64,000 nucleotides of DNA, from the NCBI GenBank assembly GCA_964445905.1, contig CAYUNN010000003.1, positions 69,312 to 133,311 on the forward strand. Reading direction: 5' to 3'. Shown piece by piece: positions 56,666-64,000 of the stretch. This DNA is from an uncultured Candidatus Saccharibacteria bacterium (GTDB lineage Bacteria; Patescibacteriota; Minisyncoccia; Minisyncoccales; JAGGXC01). Below the pieces are notes generated by a model that searched no databases, was not told where the DNA came from, and saw only the letters and a program-made list of their open reading frames with translations. The position numbers were made by a program, and so were the translations under genes. Each line of letters begins with the position of its first letter. Position 1 is the first letter of the stretch.

Positions 56666-57013
56666 ATGGTTACAAAAAAGACTGTTACCAAAAAAGAGAA
56701 AGAAAAATTAAAGTTAAAAATTCGAGTAAAGCTCAGAGCTTACGATCACAAAATTATTGATAATAGCGCTCGTCAAATAATCGAAAGTGTTAGGCGGGCC
56801 GGTTCTGAGGTAATAGGACCTATTCCTTTGCCTACAGAAATACATAAATATACAGTGAATCGTTCCAGCTTTGTTCATAAAGATGCTCGAGAACAGTTTG
56901 AGATGAGAATCCATAAAAGATTGATTGAGATTCCCGAACCATCTGCTAGAATTATTGATACCTTGCAAGACCTTACTTTGCCCGCAGGAGTTGACATTGA
57001 GATTAAGACTTAG
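56666..57013 (+). CDS. rpsJ: 30S ribosomal protein S10
   Basis: ...[23 protein letters not shown]... Confidence 0.93.
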   Translation: MVTKKTVTKKEKEKLKLKIRVKLRAYDHKIIDNSARQIIESVRRAGSEVIGPIPLPTEIHKYTVNRSSFVHKDAREQFEMRIHKRLIEIPEPSARIIDTLQDLTLPAGVDIEIKT

Positions 57014-57139
57014 TTCATAATATATCGTTAAAGTTTGTTATATTATTTATGATAATATATTTTGAATCAGGTTAATTTCTGATTGACTTTATGCTAGTCT
57101 AGAAAATAGCAATCCTAAACTGTCTTTAAGATAGAGGAA

Positions 57140-57172
57140 GCTGGGCTAGTAGCCCAGTTTTGCTTTGAAGAA
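57140..57172 (+). promoter_or_regulatory. Hairpin + T-run in the unusual 165-nt rpsJ-rplC spacer (attenuator/terminator-like)
   Basis: ctgggctagtagcccagttttg: a 7-bp stem ctgggct/agcccag, then tttt. Confidence 0.3.
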
Positions 57173-57178
57173 AAAAAT

Positions 57179-57760
57179 ATGAAATTTATTCTTGGAAAAA
57201 AATTAGAAATGAGTCAGATATTTGGAAAAGAAGGGGAAGCAATCCCGGTGACTTTGGTTGAAGCGGGACCTTGCGAGATTGTTCAGGTAAAAACAGAAGA
57301 AAAAGATGGTTACTCTGCTGTTCAGATTGGTTTTGAGAAATCAAAAAAGAAAAAGAAAACAATGAAAGGAAAAGAATATGTTCATATTAGGGAGTTTAAG
57401 AATGGAAATGATCTTAAAAAAGGAGATAAAATTGATATTTCTATCTTTAAAGAAGGAGATAATGTAAAAATTTCTGGTGTGTCAAAAGGAAAAGGATTTC
57501 AAGGAGGAGTAAAAAGATGGGGATTTAGCGGAAGAAATGCTACTCATGGTACGAAGCATGAAGAAAGAACGCTAGGCTCTATCGGATCTGCTTTTCCGCA
57601 AAGAGTTCTTAAAGGAAAGAAAATGCCTGGCAGGACTGGTTTCGAAAGAATTACTGTTAAAAATTTAAAAATAGTTAAGGTTAATTCTGATAATAATATA
57701 TTAGCAATAAAAGGAGCGGTTCCGGGAAGGAAAGGAACCTTGCTTGAAATTAGAGGATAA
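57179..57760 (+). CDS. rplC: 50S ribosomal protein L3
   Basis: Conserved L3 sequence (GKKLEMSQIF...VTLVEAGPC...). Confidence 0.92.
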   Translation: MKFILGKKLEMSQIFGKEGEAIPVTLVEAGPCEIVQVKTEEKDGYSAVQIGFEKSKKKKKTMKGKEYVHIREFKNGNDLKKGDKIDISIFKEGDNVKISGVSKGKGFQGGVKRWGFSGRNATHGTKHEERTLGSIGSAFPQRVLKGKKMPGRTGFERITVKNLKIVKVNSDNNILAIKGAVPGRKGTLLEIRG

Positions 57761-57767
57761 TCCAATC

Positions 57768-58397
57768 ATGAAAGTCCCAGTTTACAACAAAGATGGTAAG
57801 AAAATTGAAGATATTACTTTGCCCAAAGAGCTATTTGGAGTTTCGATAAACTCTGATTTAGTTCATCAGGTTGCTGTTATTCAGATGTCAAACAGAAGAC
57901 AGGGAACCGCACATGCTAAAGATCGAGGTGAGGTCAGCGGTGGAGGAAAAAAGCCTTGGGCTCAAAAGGGAACTGGCAGGGCAAGGCACGGCTCTACCCG
58001 ATCTCCTATTTGGGTTGGCGGAGGGGTGACCTTTGGTCCCACCAAAAATAGAAATTTCAAGAAATCAGTTTCCAAAAAGATAAGAAGAAAAGCTTTGCTT
58101 ATGGTTCTTTCTGCTAAAGCAAAAGAAAAATTATTGATTGTTTTAGATAAGTTTGATTTAGAAAAGATAAAAACTAAAGAATTCAATAATATTTTGAATA
58201 ATCTTCCTTGCGAAAAGAAAAGTTGTTTGTTTGTTTTACCGGAAGCAACAAAGGAATTAGTTCTGTCAGCTAGAAATATTGATGGCATTGAAACGATGGA
58301 AGCAAGGAATTTGAATCCTTTGGATTTGCTTTCTTTTAAATATTTAATAATATCTAAAGATTCTATTAATATCATTAAGGATACTTTTTTGAAATAA
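57768..58397 (+). CDS. rplD: 50S ribosomal protein L4
   Basis: MKVPVYNKDGKK... The start is at the internal Met of the track ORF. Confidence 0.9.
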   Translation: MKVPVYNKDGKKIEDITLPKELFGVSINSDLVHQVAVIQMSNRRQGTAHAKDRGEVSGGGKKPWAQKGTGRARHGSTRSPIWVGGGVTFGPTKNRNFKKSVSKKIRRKALLMVLSAKAKEKLLIVLDKFDLEKIKTKEFNNILNNLPCEKKSCLFVLPEATKELVLSARNIDGIETMEARNLNPLDLLSFKYLIISKDSINIIKDTFLK

Positions 58398-58403
58398 ATA
58401 GCT

Positions 58404-58808
58404 ATGAGTATTTTTGATAAATTAAAAAAAGAAGAGAAAGGAGAAAAGAAAGTTGAAAAGAAGAAAGAAAAGAAAGAAGAAATAAAAGAAGAGAAAAAAT
58501 CTGGAAGGAAAAGAACAGGTAAATACCTTGATAGCTTTAAAGTTTTAAAAGAACCACACATTACTGAAAAGGCTACCGACCTTACTGGCAACAATCAATA
58601 CGTTTTTAAAGTTTTTCCAAGAGCGAATAAGGTTGAGACAAAGAAAGCCATTGAGGAATTATATAATGTTGATGTTTTAAAAGTGCGCATCATTAATGTT
58701 CCTCCAAAACCGAAAAGATTAGGTAAAACAGAAGGAGAGAGGTCAAGTTATAAAAAAGCTATTGTAAGAATAAAAGAAGGTCAAAAAATAGAATTATTGC
58801 CAAGATAA
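58404..58808 (+). CDS. rplW: 50S ribosomal protein L23 (with Lys/Glu-rich N-terminal extension)
   Basis: ...YQYVFKVFPRANKVETKKAIEELYNVDVLKV... preceded by a ~45-aa KEKK-rich extension. Confidence 0.88.
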   Translation: MSIFDKLKKEEKGEKKVEKKKEKKEEIKEEKKSGRKRTGKYLDSFKVLKEPHITEKATDLTGNNQYVFKVFPRANKVETKKAIEELYNVDVLKVRIINVPPKPKRLGKTEGERSSYKKAIVRIKEGQKIELLPR

Positions 58809-58815
58809 TTTATTT

Positions 58816-59643
58816 ATGAAAAAATATAAGCCAACAACTCCATCAAGACGAGGAATGACTAGCAAGGACTATTCTCTTCTTACCAAAAAGAAACCAGAAA
58901 AGAAATTGACCAAACCTTTAAAAAAGAAAGCAGGAAGGGGTAATTTGGGCAGAATTACAGTAAGACACAAGGGAGGCGGAAGGAAAAGACTCTATCGAAT
59001 GGTAGATTTTAATCAAAAGAGAATTGATGTTAAGGCAAAAGTAGTTGCGTTGGAGTACGATCCGAATAGAACAGCTTTTATCTCTTTAATAGAATATCCC
59101 GACGGAGAAAAAAGATATATCTTAGCCCCTCATAATATTAAAGTTGGAGATGAAATTGAATTTTCTGAGAAAGCTCCTATTTCTATCGGCAACAGAATGA
59201 AATTGAAAAATGTTCCTGTAGGAACTGGCGTTTACAATGTTGAAATGAGGCAGGGAGAAGGAGGAAAAATAGTAAGAGGAGCAGGGACCACAGCTATAGT
59301 TTTAGCTCACGAAAATAAATTTTGTCATTTGAAAATGCCCTCTACTGAAGTAAGAAAAATATCAGAAGAATGTTTTGCTTCAATCGGAGAAGTTTCTTGT
59401 CCTGAGCATAGATTTATTAATATAGGAAAAGCAGGCAGAAAGAGACATAAGGGTATAAGACCCACTGTTCGTGGTTCTGCTATGGGTGCTCATGATCATC
59501 CGCATGGCGGAGGAGAAGGAAGAGCTCCGATTGGATTAAAATATCCAAAGACTCCTTGGGGTAAAATAGCCATAGGAGGAAAAACAAGAAAAAAGAAAGC
59601 TTCAGATAAACATATAATCCAAAGAAGGAAGAAAAGAAAATAA
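58816..59643 (+). CDS. rplB: 50S ribosomal protein L2
   Basis: ...[16 protein letters not shown]...HPHGGGEG... Confidence 0.95.
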   Translation: MKKYKPTTPSRRGMTSKDYSLLTKKKPEKKLTKPLKKKAGRGNLGRITVRHKGGGRKRLYRMVDFNQKRIDVKAKVVALEYDPNRTAFISLIEYPDGEKRYILAPHNIKVGDEIEFSEKAPISIGNRMKLKNVPVGTGVYNVEMRQGEGGKIVRGAGTTAIVLAHENKFCHLKMPSTEVRKISEECFASIGEVSCPEHRFINIGKAGRKRHKGIRPTVRGSAMGAHDHPHGGGEGRAPIGLKYPKTPWGKIAIGGKTRKKKASDKHIIQRRKKRK

Positions 59644-59648
59644 AATTT

Positions 59649-59948
59649 ATGACTAGATCGCTTAAAAAAGGTCCATTTGTTGACCCAAAACTTCAAAAGA
59701 AAATAAAAAAAGCAAAAGAAAAGGGATCAGAAGAGGTTATAAAGACCTGGTCTCGAAGTTCGGTTATCACTCCCGAGATGATAGATCTTACCTTTGGAGT
59801 TCATAATGGCAAAGAACATATTCCAGTTAAGGCAACAGAAGAAATGGTTGGTCATAAATTAGGAGAGTTTGCTCCAACTACTAGGTTTGGCAGGCATGGT
59901 GGAAAGATGCAAAGGGAAATTGAAGCAAAGAAATCAGAAAAAGACTAA
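59649..59948 (+). CDS. rpsS: 30S ribosomal protein S19
   Basis: [12 protein letters not shown]... Confidence 0.93.
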   Translation: MTRSLKKGPFVDPKLQKKIKKAKEKGSEEVIKTWSRSSVITPEMIDLTFGVHNGKEHIPVKATEEMVGHKLGEFAPTTRFGRHGGKMQREIEAKKSEKD

Positions 59949-59968
59949 GTAATTTCTTTATTATAATT

Positions 59969-60496
59969 ATGAAAGCTACTGCTAAATTAAAACATTTAAG
60001 AACCGCTCCCAGGAAAGTTAGGCTGGTTGCAGATATGGTTAGAGGGAAGAAGGCTGTAGAAGCTCAGCACCTTTTGGCTTTTTGCACCAAAAAATCTGCA
60101 AAACCAATTTTAAAGCTTTTGAATTCTGCAGTGGCAAATGCAAAAGGTAGCCTGATTAACGGAGACGAATCAAACTTATATATTTCTAAAATTACTGTTG
60201 ATGAAGGGCCAAAACTTAAAAGATGGAGAGCAAGAGCAAGGGGTCAGGCTTATGAAATTCAGAAAAAGACTTCCCATATTAATTTAGTTTTAGACGAAAT
60301 AAAAGAAACAGGAAAAATGAAGAAAACTAAAGAGAAAACTAAGAAACCAAAAATAGAAAGAGTAAAATCAAAAGATGTTAAGGTTGAACCTAAGAAAATA
60401 GACAAAAAGAAGATGCAGAGACAGGACAAAGATTATTTAAAGCCAAAAAAGAGTGATGGTGCAGGTAAAAAAATCTTTAGAAGAAAAGTAATGTAA
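59969..60496 (+). CDS. rplV: 50S ribosomal protein L22 (with basic C-terminal extension)
   Basis: MKATAKLKHLRTAPRKVRLVADMVRGK... plus a ~60-aa Lys-rich tail. Confidence 0.9.
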   Translation: MKATAKLKHLRTAPRKVRLVADMVRGKKAVEAQHLLAFCTKKSAKPILKLLNSAVANAKGSLINGDESNLYISKITVDEGPKLKRWRARARGQAYEIQKKTSHINLVLDEIKETGKMKKTKEKTKKPKIERVKSKDVKVEPKKIDKKKMQRQDKDYLKPKKSDGAGKKIFRRKVM

Positions 60497-60498
60497 AT

Positions 60499-61146
60499 AT
60501 GACACATAAAGTAAATCCAAAAATTTTTAGAACAAGTGAAAATAAAGACTGGGATTCTCGCTGGATTGGCGGTAAGAAGTATTCTAAGTACCTAGAAGAA
60601 GATTTTAAAATTAGAAAGTTTTTAGAAGAAAAATTAAAAGATGCAGCAATTGAAAAGATTGAAATTGAAAGATTTTCTGACAAAATTGATATTATAATTT
60701 CTACTTCCCGTCCCGGATTAGTTATTGGCAGAGGAGGAGAAGGCGTAGACGAATTGAGAAAAACTTTAATTGACAAGGTTTTAAAAAGCAAAGAAAAGCA
60801 AAGATTGAAGTTAGAGATTAAAGGAGTCAGAGATCATTGGACTAGCGCTAATTTGTCTGGCCAATGGATCGCTCGACAAATTGAAGGAAGAGTTCCTTTT
60901 AGAAGAGTAATGAAGAGCGCTTTAAGCAAAATTATGTCTAATAAGAATACTAAAGGAGTGAGAATCCAAGTTTCTGGAAGATTAAATGGAGCAGAGATTG
61001 CAAGGACTGAATGGATGAAAGAAGGTAATCTCCCTCGTCAGACATTAAGAGCAAATATTGATTATGCTGAAAACCGAGCTCGTTGTACTTATGGTGCAAT
61101 TGGAGTAAAGGTTTGGCTTTATAAAGGAGAAGAATTCAACGAATAA
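60499..61146 (+). CDS. rpsC: 30S ribosomal protein S3
   Basis: KH domain + S3_C ([12 protein letters not shown]...). Confidence 0.93.
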   Translation: MTHKVNPKIFRTSENKDWDSRWIGGKKYSKYLEEDFKIRKFLEEKLKDAAIEKIEIERFSDKIDIIISTSRPGLVIGRGGEGVDELRKTLIDKVLKSKEKQRLKLEIKGVRDHWTSANLSGQWIARQIEGRVPFRRVMKSALSKIMSNKNTKGVRIQVSGRLNGAEIARTEWMKEGNLPRQTLRANIDYAENRARCTYGAIGVKVWLYKGEEFNE

Positions 61147-61157
61147 ATAATTTTAAA

Positions 61158-61571
61158 ATGTCTTTATTGTATCCCAAAAAAGTTAAACATAGAAAGCAGC
61201 ACAAAGGAAGAACAAAAGGAGTTGCCACTAGAGGCAGCACCCTTGAATTCGGTTCCTATGGACTGAAAAGCATGGAGGCTAAATGGATTACTTCTCGTCA
61301 GCTTGAAGCGGCAAGGAGAGTTATTATCAGGTACCTGAGGAAAGGTGGAAAGCTTTGGATCAGAATTTTTCCAGACAAGCCGATAACAAGAAAGGGTAAC
61401 GAAGTTCCTATGGGAGGAGGAAAAGGATCAGTTGAATTTTATGTTTATCCGATCAAGCCAGGTCGTATTATTTTTGAATTAACAGGTATTCCGGAAGAAA
61501 AGGCGAAAGAAGCTCTAAGAAGAGCAACTGATAAACTTCCTGTGAAAACTAAATTTGTTAAGAAATCATGA
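61158..61571 (+). CDS. rplP: 50S ribosomal protein L16
   Basis: [21 protein letters not shown]... Confidence 0.93.
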   Translation: MSLLYPKKVKHRKQHKGRTKGVATRGSTLEFGSYGLKSMEAKWITSRQLEAARRVIIRYLRKGGKLWIRIFPDKPITRKGNEVPMGGGKGSVEFYVYPIKPGRIIFELTGIPEEKAKEALRRATDKLPVKTKFVKKS

Positions 61572-61756
61572 AAATAAAGGATATAAGAAGAAAAAGTAAG
61601 TCAGAATTGATCAAAGATCTAGAGAGCTTAAGAGAAAAATTAAGAGAGCTGAGGTTTAATTTAGCTTCAGGAAAGGTAAAGAATATTAGAGAGATTAGAT
61701 CGGTGAAAGATGATATAGCTCGGATATTAACAATAATTAATAGTCAGAAAAAATAA
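61568..61756 (+). CDS. rpmC: 50S ribosomal protein L29
   Basis: Small helical protein overlapping rplP by 4 nt. Carries the L29 pattern ([13 protein letters not shown]). Confidence 0.85.
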   Translation: MKIKDIRRKSKSELIKDLESLREKLRELRFNLASGKVKNIREIRSVKDDIARILTIINSQKK

Positions 61757-61768
61757 CATATTAACATT

Positions 61769-62002
61769 ATGCCAAAACGTAGATTAAAAGGAATTGTAGT
61801 GTCAGACAAGATGGATAAAACCGTTGTGGTTAAGGTTGAAAGAAAAAAGAATTATCCGAAGTATAAAACTTCTTATATGATTGACAGAAAATACAAAGCT
61901 CATTCAGAGACGAATGATTTAAGGGTGGGGGATAAAGTTTTAATCGAAGAATTTCGTCCTCAAAGTAAGGGGAAGAGGTGGAAAGTGGTTGAGAAATTAT
62001 AG
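61769..62002 (+). CDS. rpsQ: 30S ribosomal protein S17
   Basis: ...KGIVVSDKMDKTVVVKVER... Confidence 0.9.
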   Translation: MPKRRLKGIVVSDKMDKTVVVKVERKKNYPKYKTSYMIDRKYKAHSETNDLRVGDKVLIEEFRPQSKGKRWKVVEKL

Positions 62003-62014
62003 TTTTAAATTATT

Positions 62015-62383
62015 ATGATTCAGACTCAAACAAAATTAATAGTAGCGGATAATAGTGGAGCAAAGATAATTCAATGCATAAGAGTGTTAGGCGGAACCAG
62101 AAAAAGATATGCTCGTGTCGGAGACTTAATAGTGGCTGCAGTTAAAAAAGCAGAGCCAAGGAAAACTGTTAAAAAACATGAAGTGGTGAAGGCGGTAATT
62201 GTTAGACAAAGAAAGGAATTTAGAAGAAAGGATGGTACTTATGTGCGTTTTGATGATAACGCTGCTGTGATTGTTAATAATAAAAAAGAGCCTGTTGGGG
62301 GAAGAATTTTCGGGCCGATCCCGGCAGAGTTAAGAGAGAAAGGATTTGAGAAAATAGTTAATTTAGCCAAAGAAGTGGTTTAA
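62015..62383 (+). CDS. rplN: 50S ribosomal protein L14
   Basis: [17 protein letters not shown]... Confidence 0.95.
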   Translation: MIQTQTKLIVADNSGAKIIQCIRVLGGTRKRYARVGDLIVAAVKKAEPRKTVKKHEVVKAVIVRQRKEFRRKDGTYVRFDDNAAVIVNNKKEPVGGRIFGPIPAELREKGFEKIVNLAKEVV

Positions 62384-62385
62384 TC

Positions 62386-62691
62386 ATGAAAATTAAAAAA
62401 AACGACAAAGTTCTTGTTATCTCAGGAAAATATAGGGGTAAAAAAGGAAAGGTTGTTAGAATTATGCCTTCTCAGGGCAAGGTTGTGGTTGAAGGAGTGA
62501 ATTTGGTTAAGAGACATGTAAAACCCAAGAAGTCAGGAGAAAAGGGGCAAATTGTTGAAATGCCTTCACCTTTTGATATTTCCAATATTAAATTAATTTG
62601 TCCTGCTTGTAACAAAGCAGTTAAGATTGGTTACGAAATAAAAGGAGATGACAAAAAAAGGATTTGCAAAAAATGCAGAAAGGAAGTATAA
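62386..62691 (+). CDS. rplX: 50S ribosomal protein L24 (with C-terminal CxxC...CxxC zinc-ribbon extension)
   Basis: KOW motif KIKKNDKVLVISGKYRGKKGKV plus a C-terminal CPACNKAV...CKKCRK. Confidence 0.88.
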   Translation: MKIKKNDKVLVISGKYRGKKGKVVRIMPSQGKVVVEGVNLVKRHVKPKKSGEKGQIVEMPSPFDISNIKLICPACNKAVKIGYEIKGDDKKRICKKCRKEV

Positions 62692-62699
62692 GTTTATAT

Positions 62700-63275
62700 A
62701 TGATTACTCATCTTAAAGAAAAATATAATAAGGAAGTATTGCCAGAGATGAAGAAAGAGTTTGGTTATAAAAGCAGTATGGCAGTACCGAAAATAGAAAA
62801 AGTTTCAGTAAATGTAGGCTTCGGCAGATCAGTGGTTGGCAAAAGTGCTCAAGAAAGAAAAAAAATACAAGAAGGGATCATAAAAGACCTTAGTCTTATC
62901 ACTGGCCAAAAAATGGTTTTACGAAAAGCGAAAAAATCTATTTCTAGTTTTAAAACAAGAAAAGGAATGTCTATTGGTACTTCATGCATGCTAAGAGGAA
63001 AAAAAATGAATGATTTTTTAGAAAGATTAATTCATGTTGCTCTGCCTCGGTCACGTGATTTTAAGGGTATAGACCCTAAATCTGTAGATCAGAGTGGAAA
63101 TCTAAGTATTGGCATTAAAGAGCACATTATATTTCCTGAAGTTTCTCCGGAACAAGCAAAGCAAATTTTTGGATTAGAAGTAACGATAGCAACTACTGCA
63201 GAAAACAAGGAAGAAGGATTAAAGCTTTTTAAATTACTGGGTTTTCCAATTAAAGAAGAAGAAAAGAAAAAATAA
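62700..63275 (+). CDS. rplE: 50S ribosomal protein L5
   Basis: [17 protein letters not shown]... The start is at the internal Met of the track ORF. Confidence 0.9.
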   Translation: MITHLKEKYNKEVLPEMKKEFGYKSSMAVPKIEKVSVNVGFGRSVVGKSAQERKKIQEGIIKDLSLITGQKMVLRKAKKSISSFKTRKGMSIGTSCMLRGKKMNDFLERLIHVALPRSRDFKGIDPKSVDQSGNLSIGIKEHIIFPEVSPEQAKQIFGLEVTIATTAENKEEGLKLFKLLGFPIKEEEKKK

Positions 63276-63292
63276 TTAATTTTGAAATAATA

Positions 63293-63478
63293 ATGGCCAA
63301 GAAATCACAAATAGCAAAATCTAACAAGGAGCCAAAATATAGCACTCGAATTAGTCGTCGCTGCTTTAGATGTGGAAGAAAGAGAGGATATATGAGAAAA
63401 TTTGGTTTATGTAGAATTTGTTTTAGAGAATTGGCTAATAAAAGTTTAATACCAGGAGTTAAAAAATCTTCTTGGTAA
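63293..63478 (+). CDS. rpsN: 30S ribosomal protein S14 (type Z, zinc-binding)
   Basis: 61 aa with [20 protein letters not shown]. Confidence 0.92.
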   Translation: MAKKSQIAKSNKEPKYSTRISRRCFRCGRKRGYMRKFGLCRICFRELANKSLIPGVKKSSW

Positions 63479-63493
63479 ACTAATTAATGTATC

Positions 63494-63886
63494 ATGGCAG
63501 ACAAAATAGCTGATATGCTTACACAAATAAGAAATGCGCAAATTCTTTCTCATCCAAGGATTGAGGTTCCCTTTTCTAATTTAAAATATGAAATTGTAAA
63601 GATGCTTCAGAGGGAAGGTTTTGTAGAAGACATTAAAAAAAAGGGCAAAGAGCCAGATAAAATTATTTTGATTGAATTAAAATATAGTGCCGATGGCGTG
63701 CCAGCTATTTCAGGCTTGAGTAGAATATCTAAATCCAGCAGGAAAGTTTATAAGCCAGCGAAGAAGATAGATCGAGTTAGAGGAGAATATGGCATATATA
63801 TTGTTTCCACTTCTAAAGGATTGAAAACTGACAAGGAAGCAAGAAAAGAAAATTTAGGGGGAGAAATTATTTGTGAAATTTGGTAA
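63494..63886 (+). CDS. rpsH: 30S ribosomal protein S8
   Basis: MADKIADMLTQIRNAQ... Confidence 0.93.
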   Translation: MADKIADMLTQIRNAQILSHPRIEVPFSNLKYEIVKMLQREGFVEDIKKKGKEPDKIILIELKYSADGVPAISGLSRISKSSRKVYKPAKKIDRVRGEYGIYIVSTSKGLKTDKEARKENLGGEIICEIW

Positions 63887-63892
63887 AAATTA

Positions 63893-64000
63893 TGTCTAGA
63901 ATAGGTAAAATTCAAATTGAAATACCGAAAGGAGTAGAAGTTAATAAAGAAGACAGAAAGATTACTGTTAAAGGGCCCAAAGGAGAGCTTTCTTATGAGA
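63893..64000 (+). CDS. rplF: 50S ribosomal protein L6 (5' fragment, continues past window end)
   Basis: MSRIGKIQIEIPKGVEVNKEDRKITVKGPKGELSYE... Confidence 0.85.

Noticed and set aside
1-64000. CRISPR array / cas genes
   Set aside because: No run of regularly spaced identical direct repeats was found. The only repeats are coding (pilin Cys modules, collagen, PD/PE, SPSSPD) or short regulatory direct repeats.

Overview
The window is low-GC and coding-dense, and standard genetic code fits: TGA and TAG both end conserved genes. Gene content suggests a Patescibacteria/CPR-like genome, but that is inference. In order it contains:
(1) A small mobile-element-like block, all on the minus strand: a truncated large serine recombinase, small Zn-finger and HTH proteins, and an inverted-repeat-rich putative att site.
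(2) A defense island: an excisionase-family HTH gene, then a complete type I RM operon hsdM-hsdS-hsdR. HsdS carries an unusual roughly 190-aa C-terminal extension resembling a Panacea/SocA antitoxin domain. After the RM genes come two PD-(D/E)xK nuclease-like proteins, a small membrane protein with a candidate HEPN protein, a collagen-like repeat protein, and a higher-GC HTH + GHKL-ATPase + STAS-like fusion.
(3) Housekeeping and other genes: DEAD-box helicase, TypA/BipA, UbiA-family prenyltransferase, an amber-interrupted type IV pilin, an extracytoplasmic thioredoxin/CcdA-like pair, LOG-family protein, P-type ATPase, RRM protein, Na+/H+ antiporter, TspO.
(4) A 1422-aa giant surface protein with internal duplication and SdrD-B-like, Cys-rich CGDG, vWA and FN3 domains.
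(5) An anaerobic oxidative-stress cluster: Fur/PerR, hemerythrin-like, rubrerythrin, desulfoferrodoxin. Inside it sits a standalone 99-aa homolog of the NrdD C-terminal zinc-ribbon + glycyl-radical domain.
(6) A type IV pilus / competence-like locus: PilB, PilC, then three tandem prepilin-type proteins that share a near-identical ~500-bp 3' module encoding a ~165-aa, ~22-Cys domain ending in CEWYEE. Each stop codon overlaps the next gene's start. These are followed by a PilM-PilN-SH3b fusion, a PilA-like pilin, HK/RR genes, a frameshifted TasA/camelysin-like FN3 surface protein, and a ComEC-like MBL protein.
(7) A G1P-dehydrogenase-like gene, tRNA-Pro(GGG), rpmB, a site-2 protease, and the str/S10/spc ribosomal cluster from rpsL through fusA and tuf to partial rplF.
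No CRISPR array or rRNA gene was seen.
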